Assembly (NCBI GenBank): GCA_964016885.1 | Contig: OZ024756.1 | Span: 12,710,001-12,774,000 of the forward strand | From: Eledone cirrhosa | Taxonomy: Eukaryota | Direction: 5' to 3' | DNA: 64,000 bases | Part shown: in pieces, positions 11,490 through 24,200 of the stretch | Position numbering within the stretch: the stretch's first letter is position 1 | How the letters are laid out: the number at the start of each line of letters is the position of its first letter | Notes under the pieces: model-generated | What the model saw: the letters and a program-made list of their open reading frames with translations, nothing else | Database searches by the model: none | Told to the model about the DNA's origin: nothing | Position numbers and translations under genes: made by a program

Positions 11490-14385
11490 GTGGTTTTGGT
11501 GCCATGATAAAAAGCACCCAGTCCACATTGTAAAGTGGTCATGTACATGTCACAACAAAAAGCACCCAGTCCACACTGTAAAGTGGTCATGTACATGTCA
11601 CAACAAAAAGCACCCTTTCCACATTGTAAAGCGATCATGTACATGTCACAACAAAAAGCACCCAGTTCACACTGTAAAGTGGTCATGTACATGTCACAAC
11701 AAAAAGCACCCAGTTCCCACTGTAAAGTGGTCATGTACATGTCACAACAAAAAGCACCCAGTTCCCACTGTAAAGTGGTCATGTACATGTCACAACAAAA
11801 AGCACCCAGTCCACACTGTAAAGTGGTCATGTACATGTGTCACAACAAAAAGCACCCAGTCCACATTGTAAAGTGGTCATGTACATGTCACAACAAAAAG
11901 CACCCAGTCCACACTGTAAAGCGATCATGTACATGTCACAACAAAAAGTACCCAGTCCACACTGTAAAGTGGTCATGTACATGTCACAACAAAAAGCACC
12001 CAGTCCACACTGTAAAGCGATCATGTACATGTCACAACAAAAAGCACCCAGTCCACACTGTAAAGCGATCATGTACATGTGTCACAACAAAAAGCACCCA
12101 GTTCACATTGTAAAGCGATCATGTACATGTCACAACAAAAAGCACCCAGTTCACACTGTAAAGTGGTCATGTACATGTCACAACAAAAAGCACCCAGTTC
12201 ACACTGTAAAGTGGTCATGTACATGTCACAACAAAAAGCACCCAGTTCCCACTGTAAAGTGATCATGTACATGTCACAACAAAAAGCACCCAGTCCACAT
12301 TGTAAAGTGGTCATGTACATGTCACAACAAAAAGCACCCAGTCCACACTGTAAAGTGATCATGTACATGTCACAACAAAAAGCACCCTTTCCACATTGTA
12401 AAGCGATCATGTACATGTCACAACAAAAAGCACCCAGTTCACACTGTAAAGTGGTCATGTACATGTCACAACAAAAAGCACCCAGTTCCCACTGTAAAGT
12501 GGTCATGTACATGTCACAACAAAAAGCACCCAGTTCCCACTGTAAAGTGGTCATGTACATGTCACAACAAAAAGCACCCAGTCCACACTGTAAAGTGGTC
12601 ATGTACATGTGTCACAACAAAAAGCACCCAGTCCACATTGTAAAGTGGTCATGTACATGTCACAACAAAAAGCACCCAGTCCACACTGTAAAGCGATCAT
12701 GTACATGTCACAACAAAAAGTACCCAGTCCACACTGTAAAGTGGTCATGTACATGTCACAACAAAAAGCACCCAGTCCACACTGTAAAGCGATCATGTAC
12801 ATGTCACAACAAAAAGCACCCAGTCCACACTGTAAAGCGATCATGTACATGTGTCACAACAAAAAGCACCCAGTTCACATTGTAAAGCGATCATGTACAT
12901 GTCACAACAAAAAGCACCCAGTTCACACTGTAAAGTGGTCATGTACATGTCACAACAAAAAGCACCCAGTTCACACTGTAAAGTGGTCATGTACATGTCA
13001 CAACAAAAAGTACCCAGTTCCCACTGTAAAGTGGTCATGTACATGTCACAACAAAAAGTACCCAGTCCACACTGTAAAGTGGTCATGTACATGTCACAAC
13101 AAAAAGCACCCAGTTCACATTGTAAAGTGATCATGTACATGTCACAACAAAAAGCACCCAGTCCACACTGTAAAGTGGTCATGTACATGTCACAACAAAA
13201 AGCACCCAGTTCCCACTGTAAAGTGGTCATGTACATGTCACAAAAAAAGCACCCAGTTCCCACTGTAAAGTGGTCACGTACATGTCACAACAAAAAGCAC
13301 CCTTTCCACATTGTAAAGCGATCATGTACATGTCACAACAAAAAGCACCCAGTTCACACTGTAAAGTGGTCATGTACATGTCACAACAAAAAGCACCCAG
13401 TTCCCACTGTAAAGTGGTCATGTACATGTCACAACAAAAAGCACCCAGTTCCCACTGTAAAGTGGTCATGTACATGTCACAACAAAAAGCACCCAGTTCC
13501 CACTGTAAAGTGGTCATGTACATATCACAAAAAAAGCACCCAGTTCACACTGTAAAGTGGTCATGTACATGTCACAACAAAAAGCACCCAGTTCCCACTG
13601 TAAAGTGGTCATGTACATGTCACAACAAAAAGCACCCAGTCCACACTGTAAAGTGGTCATGTACATGTCACAACAAAAAGCACCCAGTCCACACTGTAAA
13701 GTGGTCATGTACATGTCACAACAAAAAGCACCCAGTTCACACTGTAAAGTGGTCATGTACATGTCACAACAAAAAGCACCCAGTTCCCACTGTAAAGTGG
13801 TCATGTACATGTCACAACAAAAAGCACCCAGTCCACACTGTAAAGTGGTCATGTACATGTCACAACAAAAAGCACCCAGTTCCCACTGTAAAGTGATCAT
13901 GTACATGTCACAACAAAAAGCACCCAGTTCCCACTGTAAAGTGGTCATGTACATGTCACAACAAAAAGCACCCAGTCCACACTGTAAAGTGGTCATGTAC
14001 ATGTCACAACAAAAAGCACCCAGTCCACACTGTAAAGTGGTCATGTACATGTCACAACAAAAAGCACCCAGTTCACACTGTAAAGTGGTCATGTACATGT
14101 CACAACAAAAAGCACCCAGTTCCCACTGTAAAGTGGTCATGTACATGTCACAACAAAAAGCACCCAGTCCACACTGTAAAGTGGTCATGTACATGTCACA
14201 ACAAAAAGCACCCAGTTCACACTGTAAAGTGGTCATGTACATGTCACAACAAAAAGCACCCAGTTCCCACTGTAAAGCGATCATGTACATGTCACAACAA
14301 AAAGCACCCAGTTCACACTGTAAAGCAGCCGTGTAGGTGTCACGACAAAAAGCACCCAGTACACACTGTAATGTGGTTGGTATTA
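11490..14385. repeat. 48-bp satellite, about 60 units (CACAACAAAAAGCACCCAGTYCMCACTGTAAAGTGGTCATGTACATGT), expanded inside a SINE
   Basis: Direct periodicity. The array runs straight into the SINE body (gtggttggtattagtaagagcatctagtcatagaaac, 14373-14410). All ORFs here are repeat artefacts. Confidence 0.97.
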
Positions 14386-15224
14386 GTAAGAGCATCTAGT
14401 CATAGAAACGAAGCTAAAATCACTTCTGTATGAGCAAGACATGGTCATCTGATCTAACATTGCTCACAATGTAACAACTTGTCTAACCCATTTTCCAAGC
14501 ATGCAAGGATTAGACAGGTTGCCATGTTACGAGACTAGATATGTCAGGTGACCACATGATCCATTTTTGATTTGGTTTTCTACGTCAGAAAGCCCTTCCT
14601 AACAGCAGCCAGAGGGTAGACTGGGTGTTTTTTGTCATGGCACCAACACCTCTTTACAGGCTGTACTGGGTGCTTTTTATTATGGCATCAACACTACCAC
14701 CTTACAGGGGTGGCTGTGTGCTTTTTGCCGTGGCACCAGCACAACCACCTTACAGTGCAGACAGGGTGCCTTTTGTCGTGGCACCAGCACTACGACCCTA
14801 CAGAGCAGTTAGGGTGCTTTTCATGGCAGCACTAACAGCTACCACCAACTACAAAAATATTAACTATAGAGGATGATAATTGGTTAAAGTAGCAAGCAAT
14901 CTAAGTGGGAAGAATCTTTGAAAGAAGTCTGAGGAAGAAGGGAAGGCTCATGTAAAGACCTCAGAAAGGGGATAATAAAGGACTTGAACAAGATAGACGT
15001 ATGGGAGCATGAAACCCCTCGCCCCAGTGTGAAGATGCCCTCGCAAACATAAGAGCCACTGAGTGTGTTTGTATGTTAGGGGTCTCAAACTACTTTTCTA
15101 CGGTCCATGACAGGACAATTTTTGTGACTAATTCACATACATCCCCCTATAGTCTCTGTGTGTGTTTATTTTGATGAAAATAAACACATAGCAGCAGTCT
15201 ATCAGCTGTATTACAGATTAACAG

Positions 15225-15770
15225 TATGAGGGAGCTTCAAAAAGTTTGTGGCAAAAGTACATAGCTAAAAATCATATGCAATGATTTTGATCCCAATGCA
15301 CCTGTCCGTTCTTGTACTAACGTGTCACATGTTCTAACATGAACCCTTAAATGCATGTTGCAACATGGCACCAGTTGGAAGTCAGCACCCACTCGAGCAA
15401 CATGGCCTCCATCAAAACATCAAATACTTGGTGAAGCTAGGGTGGAAGAGCAGCCAAATAATTGACGCTCTGGAGCAAGTTTATGGGGACAATGCCCCAA
15501 AGAAATCAAAAACCAACAAATGGATAAGATGTTTTAGAAATGGAAGAGATGAAGTTGAAGATGATCCCCAGTTGAAGATGTAAAAAAATCTGCTTTGACG
15601 TGGTTTAAATCGCATGGTCCTCAGTTTTACTCAAATGGACTTAAAGGCTGGTATCAATGCTTGCAGAAGTGTATTGGCCTAGATGGAGCATATGTTGAAA
15701 AATAAATATCATAACTTAAATCGTGTTTTCCAACTGTCCTTTTTGCATGAGCTTTTTGAAGTCCCTCGTA
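15225..15770 (+). mobile_element. Internally deleted mariner element
   Basis: TIRs TATGAGGGAGCTTCAAAAAG / CTTTTTGAAGTCCCTCGTA with TA ends. N-terminal HTH (IKYLVKLGWKSSQIIDALEQVYGDNAP..KWIRCFRNGRDEVEDDP) is joined to the C-terminus (KCIGLDGAYVEK*); the catalytic domain is missing. Confidence 0.9.
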
Positions 15771-16339
15771 TAATGGTGGAAACAGCCCCTCCTTCACATC
15801 ATCTCCCTTTATATATGTATATTTTGTGAAGGCACATGGCTGACTGGTTAGAGAATTGGATTCGCAATTGTGATGTTATGATTATGATTACCAGACCATG
15901 TGATGCGTTATGTCCTTGAGCAAGACACTTTATTTCACGTTGCTCCTTCTACTTGGAATTGCGACCAATAGAGAGTGTTAGCAATTATAAAGACCAATGG
16001 AAACAGTTTCCTCGATTTGACGAAAGTAGATCGACTGTCAATATATATATATGTGTGTGTATTATATATATAAGATAATATATCGTTTAAGGTAATTCAG
16101 CTAGAGGTTATGAGTACTCTGTATCGAGGCTAGTTTTAACGTTCGGCGTTGGTCAGTACTGATGATTTGGTCGAGTATCAACTGTAATTAAAATCAAGTG
16201 ACATTGCTTCTAACGATCAGTGACTTTTAGACACACTGGACTAATGAACAATTGTTAATACTTTAAATAAACCTTATTGTACAGCCGAACATGTTATTCT
16301 TCATTCTTTTACTATATATATATGTGTATGCGTGTATAT

Positions 16340-16850
16340 CATCATCATCATTTAACATCTATTTTTCATGCCCCATTAGAGTTAAGTTGGGTCAGGTGAC
16401 TGTGTCTTGCTCGTGTAGGACTTTTTCTGGCTAGATGCCTTTCCTAACACCAACCACATTTACAGTGTGTGCTGGGTGCTTTTTGCCATGTCTCATACAT
16501 GACCACTTTACAATGTAGGTTGGGTGCTTTTTGAGGTGACACCTATATGACCACTTTACAGTGTGAGCTGGGTGCTTTTTGTTGTGACACCTATACAACC
16601 ACTTTACAGTGTGAGCTCGGTGCTTTTTGTTGTGACACCTATACAACCACTTTAGAGTGTGAGCTCGGTGCTTTTTGTTGTGACACCTATACAACCACTT
16701 TACAGTGTGAGCTGGGTGCTTTTTGTCGTAATACCTACACAACCACTTTAGAGTGAGCTGGGTGCTTTTTGTCATGACACCTATACTACCACTTTACAGT
16801 GTTGGCTGGATGTTTTTGTGATACCAACATAACTTTACAGGGCGGAAGTG
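16340..16850 (-). mobile_element. SINE of the AAAAGCACCCAG family with ~7 internal 48-bp repeats
   Basis: Reverse-complement units gctgggtgctttttgttgtgacacctatacaaccactttacagtgt, SINE core gatgcctttcctaacaccaaccac, and a (CAT)n tail. Confidence 0.85.
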
Positions 16851-16869
16851 GGAGATATAGTGAATTAAG

Positions 16870-19080
16870 AGATGCCTACTGGGTGTATGTTTAAGTCTGT
16901 GTACAAGGGAAGGCAGGTTTTCTGTATTATTGCATAACACCAAAATCTCGATCCTGTGTAAATTGTCTTTGAGAAGTGCAAGTGTGCAAGGTCAGCTTTT
17001 ATCACCTTGTCCCAGGTCTTTCTGGGTCTTCCTATTCCATACCTTGCATCAATTTTTATCACCCTGTACCTTTTTATATAGCTGTCGTTCTTCATACGCA
17101 TCACATGACCATACCAACACAATCTCCTCTCTAGTATATTGCATCTGATCCCTCTTATGCCTAATTTCTCACTTAATTCATTTACGCTTTACTGTCCATG
17201 TATATTACTACTAGCTGAGGTACCCAGCTTCATCCCGGTAAACAACTATATTGGATGTGTTGTCTGGTTTACAGCATGAGGTGAGACCGTGGTGTGTATG
17301 ACAAAAGGAAAATAAGCAGTAAAAAAAAATCTTCCAGATGCACCAGATTCTTCATTTTACCATTTGTGCATATAGTATGAAGATTTCTAGGTGTTTCCAC
17401 TCATGAACAACCTACATATAACTGGCCATGGGTAAAAATCGATTCTCTTGTATTCAATTCTACAACTTTGAGCCTGAGCTTTATTTATGGCCATAGCAAA
17501 AGTGGCTCTAACAGGGAACTGAAGTCTTGAGAATTTGAATAGCAGCTTGGTAGAGGAAGGGATAAGAGGAATCTTGGGAATAAATGCATTTTCTCCTTAA
17601 TGCCTCCAAGAATAGTGACCTCTAAGGGATGGTTCATCATCCAGATGTGCCATTGCATAGACGCAGCAGATCCAAATTTCTGAAAAGGATGTTTGGAGTT
17701 CCAATCTTTCATATTATATATATAGATATAAACAATTATATATAAATGCGTGTGTGTGTGTGTAAACCACAGTTCAAATCCACAGAAACACTTGGCCGTG
17801 ATACATGAGCATCGCTGACAACGCAAAGAGAATCCCTTATAGTTGTCTCCCAACCTGCTATAAATAGCAGTCGGGTTGGTTAGAATAACCGGGATGTTTT
17901 TCTTCTTTGATGTTATAAAATGAGTATTAATAAACTTTCCTGAGTATACCCTTACTCCATTGCTGTACTTACTTTTCGATTATCAATTTTCGTTTTTGCG
18001 TGATGTGCGAAAACTAATCAACCAATAAACATCTCTTTTATATTATATATAGATTACATGTCCATTGGAGTATGCATGCTTCATTTCTTTCCAATCTGCG
18101 CACAGTGCCCAGGTCTCACTGCCATATAACATTGCTCTTCATATATAAGCATTGTATCTGCCTTTCATTTTTAGAGAGAAACCTTTTGTGGCCAACAGCG
18201 GTATTAGCTCTCTGAACTTTTTCCATCCCGTTCTGACTCTGGCTACTGTACTTTCAGAGCACCCTCCTCTACTGCTCATTTTGTGATCCAGGTAATGGAA
18301 AGGGTTTACTATTTCTATAGAACCATCTGGGCAATTGAAGGAGCTAGTATCCTGTGGGCACTTGCTACTTATTGCACCTGAGCATTGGCCACATATAAAA
18401 CCTACTTTCTTTGATAGCCTGCCTGTGATCCCACTACATTTTTTTATGTACCCAAAGTTTGCATTTGGAGCATAGAATGGAATTTCTACCTACTCCTTTC
18501 CTACACACTGAGCAAGGCCATTTCCCAGAGGGAATCTGTGCCCTATTTTCCTTTCTACATACTAGAACTTTAGTCTTAGACAAGTTAACTTTAAGGCTTT
18601 TTGATTCTAAGCCATGCTTCCAGGTTTAGAATTTCTTTTCTAGTTCTGCCATAGATTCAGCTATGAGAATTAGATCATCTGCATATAGAAGTTCCCAAGG
18701 GCAGCCAGTCTTAAACTTTTCTGATATAGCCGGTAGGGAAATAATAAACTAAGGACAGAGCCTTGGTGAACAGTTACTTTTACGCTAATTTCTTCTCTAT
18801 ATTCATTGTTAATTCTAACCTTGCTGGCTGTTTTCACTATACATGGCTTGTATAACTCTCACAAGCCACTCATCTACACCTAGTTTTCTAAGAGCCCACC
18901 AGAGCAGGGGACTTTGTCAAAGGCTTTCTCCAAGTCAACAAAAGCTAAGTAGAGGGGTTATTTTTAGCTAGGTACTTCTCCTGTAGTTGCCTTACAAGGA
19001 ACAGAACATCTGTGGTACTTTTACCTGGCACAAACCCAAACTGCATTTCATCTAGATCAATTTGGTCTCTAATCAGCTGT
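16870..19080 (-). mobile_element. Degraded RTE-clade LINE (RT, Cys-rich insert and 3' end), split by a Helitron
   Basis: Minus translation includes WYGHVMRM...GRPRKTW (16865-17122) and WELLYADDL (~18670-18700); same family as 39618-42708. Confidence 0.85.
17211..18053 (-). mobile_element. Non-autonomous Helitron inserted into the LINE
   Basis: Minus strand begins TCTATATAAT and ends in a GC-rich hairpin region plus CTAG; it sits between host A(17210) and T(18054) with no TSD, and LINE sequence resumes on both sides. Confidence 0.75.
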
Positions 19081-19284
19081 GATATATAAATATATACATG
19101 TGTGTGTTTTCGTTTTTTTTACTTAGACTACCTTTTGTTTTCTGTATCTATCCTTTGTGGTCCTGTCTCTATTTTTGTACTCCTGGGCTAAAGCCCAACA
19201 CGTCGAACATGATTTCCCCTTTTCTATATAAAGCATGAGACTAAGAAGGCTTTTGTACCTATGTTTTGTGTTTCCTTGAACTAC

Positions 19285-19978
19285 ACACATACATGTGTGG
19301 AGAGAGACCGACAGAGATAGGTGTATGGTTTGTTGTTTAGTCATAGGTCAGCCGTGATCAAATATGTGTCACCTACAACAATCCCGTATGTTTGTATATC
19401 TAGGATTACGTTATCGAATGTGACCTTCTTTATTTAAAGCGATAGTGTTATTTGAGGAAATTTGGCTGCTATTTCCAATACCATTCTGTTATCTCTACGT
19501 ATGTTTGTGTGTATAAATATATGTATGATCATCATTATTTGACGTCCGTTTTCCCTACTAGCGACGGTTGGACGAGTCAGTACTTCATCGTAGCTATATC
19601 GTATATATATATATATGGAGTGCGAGATGAGTGTTCCTGGACTGTCTGAGAGTCAGTAGCTATGATGAAGTACTGACTAGTCCAACCCTCGCTAGCAGGG
19701 AAAGCGGATGATACATATATTTACACACACACAAACATACGTAGAGATAACAGAATGGTATTAGAAATAGCAGCCAAATTCCCTCAAATAACACCCTGTC
19801 ACTTTAAATAAAGAAGGTCACATTCGATAATGTAATCCTAGATATACAAACATACGGGATTGTTGTATGTGACACACATTTGATCACAGGTCTACCCAAT
19901 CACAGCTGACCTATGGCTAAACAACAAACCATACACTTATCTCTGTCTGTCTGTCCGTCCCTCTCCACACACACACAT
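19285..19978. repeat. Long inverted repeat (arms ~310 bp, spacer ~60 bp)
   Basis: 19285-19597 is the reverse complement of 19657-19978 with few mismatches, e.g. caacaatcccgtatgtttgtatatctaggattac / gtaatcctagatatacaaacatacgggattgttg. Confidence 0.93.
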
Positions 19979-20025
<47 letters not shown>

Positions 20026-20631
20026 AAGTCCCGGGCAAATAAAAAACAAAAAGCAACAACAATTGCTTTGACAGACACATACACAAATACACGAGAAAGT
20101 TACAGATACACAAATACACGAGAAAGTTACTCACACCCAATACATGAGAAAGTTCCTAGTTGCTCACCGTTATTTCACATTTCTTCGGCTTCTTTAAAAA
20201 GAACAACTGGGCCAGGATTTAAGCGTTTTAAATTGTAAAAACCAATGAATCTTGGAGGGAATAAGAACATGGTATAGAAATTTTGAGCCATTAAAATTAT
20301 TTTCCATCGTAGAATCGTAGAAAAACAAAGTTACTATAATATATATATATATATATATACAAATGTATGAGTATATAAATATATATACCGATACAAATAT
20401 ATATTTCTGTATATGTGTGGGTATATATATATATAAATATATATATATTATATAAATATATGTATGTACATGTAAAGTATATATTATTGACTCAAATTAA
20501 CATTTAACAAAACTACCATTAGTTGGGAATGAAGGGAGGTAACTGTTTTGGTGCGGATTTACCTGCTTCCGGTTCGATTGTGTGTTTTCTTGACTTATCC
20601 AGTGTGTGAATGCAATTTATATATGCTTCCT

Positions 20632-20893
20632 GTCAGCACACTTTCTGTAAGGCATGGCCCCTCTTAATGTAGTTTCTGTAAGGTACGGTCTCTATCAACG
20701 TAGTTTTTGTAAGGTATGGTCCCTGTCAACATAGTTTTTTTTTGTAAAAGTATGCTCCCTCTCAGCACACTTTTGTAAAGTATAGTCCCTGTCAATGCAG
20801 GTTTTCTAAGGTATGCTCCCCGTCAGCTCACTTTTGTAAGGTATGGTCCCTTTCAACAGAGTTTCTGTAAAGTATGGTCCCTCTCAATGTAGA
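20632..20893. repeat. Degenerate ~31-bp tandem repeat, 8-9 units (TTTCTGTAAGGTATGGTCCCTCTCAACGTAG)
   Basis: Recurring gtaaggtatggtccc core at ~31-bp spacing. Confidence 0.85.
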
Positions 20894-22150
20894 TTGGAAG
20901 TGATTTTACTGCATTCATTGTTTCCTTTATAGATAAAAGATGTGTTTAGAGGGTGGTTGTAAGGATAATTCTGCCAGAACATTTGTTATGCAGTTGTGCC
21001 CCCCCCCCCCGCCGTATTCGTAGAGCACCCGCGAATATTGGACGTGATCCATAAAAATGCCGATCAGCGTCAAAACATAACGTAAAATATAGGCCCGCAA
21101 ATACGGTATATTGTTATTAATAATTTAGCGTTAAAAAATCGCGAAAGATATTTACGATTCCACGAATATCCGGTGGTTTCCACGAACAATTAGTTAGGTT
21201 CTAAGGAAAACGCCTTGAATGCCGAGGGTACACTGTATCATGTTCCAAACATAAACTTAAAAATAAAAAGTTAGTGCTTAATATACCCAACTAAAGGTGT
21301 GTGTGTTGTATGGTTGTCATAGACATCAGCAAAGCAAGCTATACCATCATTACACCTACTATACAAACCCAGTCACTGTGGGAGAATGCTTTCTGGGTAT
21401 GTAGCCCCCCAGCAGACAGAAATGAAAGGGTTGTTTTTAGCTTGGACTAAAGAAAATGGTATACGGGGCGAATTGGCAGAATCGTTAGAAAGTCGGATAT
21501 AGTGCTCTGCGGTATTCGTTCCGGCTCTGTTCTCTAAGTTCAAATCCCGCCGAGGTCAACTTTGCTTTTCATCCATTCTAGGTTGATAAAAAAAAAAAAG
21601 TACCAGTCTAGTTACAGGGGGTCGATTCTTCCTCTATGTTTCTTTCTCACTTTCTATCCCTCTCTGGAAGAAATCTGCTGTATTCAGACCTGGAAAGGAG
21701 ATTGGCCTTATCAGGTTTTCAAATACCCCAGGAACTCCGTGTGTCAGTACAGCGCCCCGCCCCTATAGCTCGCTCAAGAGTTATGGGATTTAAAGGAAAG
21801 AAAATGGTATTGGACCGTTTAGAAATTGTGGAGAGTTGAGCTGCATGGGTGAATTGTTAAGAAGTTCGCTTTGCAATAACCAGCTCTTCGGTTCAATTCC
21901 ACCATTGCGTAACATCTTGAGCAAGTTTCTTTTAGCACAGTCACACGTGAATTCTTGTCTTGTGGGTGAAATTGGGTGGATGGAAATTGTGTGGAGGACC
22001 ATTGGATAGATTGTACCTGTATTTCTTATGTCTAATCTTGTTACAAATCATCATCATCATCGTTTAACGTCAAGGTTCCACGCTAGCATGAAAATGATGT
22101 TAAAAGTATATAAATTACAGAATAATCAAAACTATGTTCAAAACATTTTA

Positions 22151-22198
22151 TTGCTGACAATCGTTTCTTACAAACTTTCGTTTGGAATCATCGAAGCA
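22151..22198 (-). ncRNA. Degenerate type I hammerhead ribozyme motif
   Basis: Minus strand: tgct-TCGATGA-ttccaaac(gaaa)gtttgtaa-GAAA-c(gatt)g-TC-agca. Stems I-III and a GUC site are present, but the core reads UCGAUGA instead of CUGAUGA. AATAAA follows. Confidence 0.55.
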
Positions 22199-23049
22199 CT
22201 AGCATAGTTTAGACATATAATTAACCTCCTATTCCGCAGAACAATCGTAAAGATACGTAGATGTTAGTGTTGTCATTAACAATGTCATATTTAAAGAGTG
22301 AAGATGATGTGGTCAGTATCAGTGGATGCGACAAAAATTATAAAAGAATAATACAATTATGGAGGAATTAAAAAAGAAAGTTCCTCGCAAAACGAGGACA
22401 TTAGCCGTACATATGCAAGCGTATAGAAAGAGTGCAGAGGTGTTAGGCATGTACAGAATAACCAGGTAAGAAACAACCAATGGTACTAAGCATATATATC
22501 ACAGTATGGCAAATGTATCACATAATACAATACAGGTATAAAAGATATAAAAGCATATTAAGCAGACAGAGATGCGTGGGTATGAAAAGTATATGTATTT
22601 GTGGAATATTCAACCACTGACACCATAGGTTAGCTAGCAGGCAAGCTCAGTTGATCGAACAACTGCATGCTCATCATCGAAACTGGTGATCTATTTACTT
22701 ATTGAAAGTAGAGGCAGAGGGATGGTGCCTTTAAATCTCAGTGAAGTAGTATGGCTGATGTTCAACTGAAGTTTTTGAAGGTTGATATAGATGGGGGAAA
22801 CTTAAACAGGAAGTCCCCAAGGGTAGCATGAAGTTTTTTTTGTGGGCAGTATGTGAATATGAGATACAAAAGGGATTTTTGTTTTTCATGAGCTCAGTGT
22901 AGGGGCCAATGTCTGTGTGTGTGTGTGGTGGTGGTGGTGGGGGGGGGGGGGGGTTCGCTGCGGTAGGCCCTGCGATCCTACAGGCCTCCATTGTTTATCT
23001 TGCTGCATGAATGTTGGTCATTTCGCCCGCGGGCCCTAGCTCGGGCAAA

Positions 23050-24200
23050 TATCCCCTCATTCTGGAGACGGTTGGATTATCCAGAGTTGATGGGAAGAGA
23101 CCAAGCGGCCTTACCTTGGATAAGAAGTAGATGTCTCATATGGGACATCATAGTGTGACTCTTTTGCTCCCTCCCAATTCTAGATGTAAATATGAGAGCC
23201 ACTGCTTCCATAGCCAAACAGAATAAAATCCTAAAATACCAAGAATTATCAAATAACTATCTTTTTTCCAGCCTATGGTGTTCGAGATGTTTGCTGGAGC
23301 TGGGCTGCTAACAGCGAAGTTCTTGTCGTCATTGGCGACTCGCCTTACCAAGGTATCAGGTGATGCCCATGATGGTGCTTGGTTGTTTCAGCACCTTAGC
23401 CTCGCCATCACCTGTGGTAATGCTGCCAGCGTGTTGGCTTGCCTCAAACTTTTCTGTTGACCCTTGTGATGTTCGGCCAATTGACGCACTTGGTGTTGAT
23501 CTCGCTTTCATTATATATTTTTGTCTATTATATTTATAAGTTTCCTAGCAATAATTGTTTCTATTTTAGGCACAAGGCCGCAATTATCCAGTACATTACT
23601 GGTACTTTATTTTATCGACCCCGTAAGGATGAAAGGCAAAGTTAACCTCGGCGGGATTTGAACTCAGAATGGCAAGGGCCGTAACTCTATGCGTCAAAGC
23701 ATGGTGTCCGACTCTCTACCGATACTGCCAATCCACCGCCTAGCAATAATTAATTGAGTATATGTATGTACTTCTTATATTCTTATATAATAAAATATGT
23801 CAGTACGTAAAAAAAATAAATTTAAAAAAAAAAATGCCTCAGAAAAAAAAATTAAGATGTACTGGCTGCTTTCCTAACTGAGGTAATTGGTGATGCTCGT
23901 GAGGGCGCTTGGGTGTTCCAGCCTCGCCATCACCCGCGGCAATACTGCGAGCGTGCTGGCTTGCATAAAAAAATTATTAGAGCAATTTTCCAGTGCTCTT
24001 CGTGATATTGTTATCTTTTGCTCTCGCAACGGTTCGTTTGTCCACCCCTTTCGCCTGCCTTTTCTTGTATGTGGTCCTAGATGGATGTATTACCTGTTTG
24101 TGTGTTGTATGTGGTCCTAAATGTATGTATTGCCTGATTGTGTTTCTTTCTTTCTTTTTCCCTTTCCCTCTTCTTTTTCTTTTTTAATTATTTGTAATGT
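23050..24200 (+). mobile_element. Two CRE-like retrotransposon 3' fragments separated by a SINE
   Basis: DGKRPSGLTL, FQPMVFEMFAGAG..AKFLSSLATRLTKVSGDAHDGAWLFQHLSLAITCGNAASVLAC, and a second LAITRGNTASVLAC followed by a 3'UTR containing two 40-bp units. Confidence 0.78.
23550..23745 (-). mobile_element. tRNA-derived SINE (~190 bp), representative of about 13 copies or fragments in the window
   Basis: Sense: GGCGGTGGATTGGCAG...GAGTTCAAATCCCGCCGAGGTTAACTTTGCCTTTCATCCTTACGGGGTCGATAAAATAAAGTACCAG, with a B-box-like GTTCAAATCC. Other copies near 21465, 24810, 27460, 31935, 47720, 51660, 52990, 53325, 55830, 56590, 59115 and 60240. Confidence 0.88.

Noticed and set aside
11535-11560. CATG-TA-CATG in the satellite as a p53 response element
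   Set aside because: The cores are 2 bp apart rather than 6 and the flanks do not fit RRRCWWGYYY.
5718-14385. CRISPR-like appearance of the regular repeats
   Set aside because: Units are head-to-tail with no unique spacers, there are no cas genes, and the context is eukaryotic.
11441-14395. Long periodic Cys/His/Met-rich ORFs (MSQQKAPSSHCKVV..., [16 protein letters not shown]...)
   Set aside because: Translations of a 48-bp satellite that is open in several frames on both strands and derived from a SINE; no evidence of a gene.
16158-16200. CTGATGA at ~16159 and CTGACGA at ~54139 as hammerhead cores
   Set aside because: No stem II plus GAAA at a suitable distance; the latter is inside decayed ORF1 sequence.
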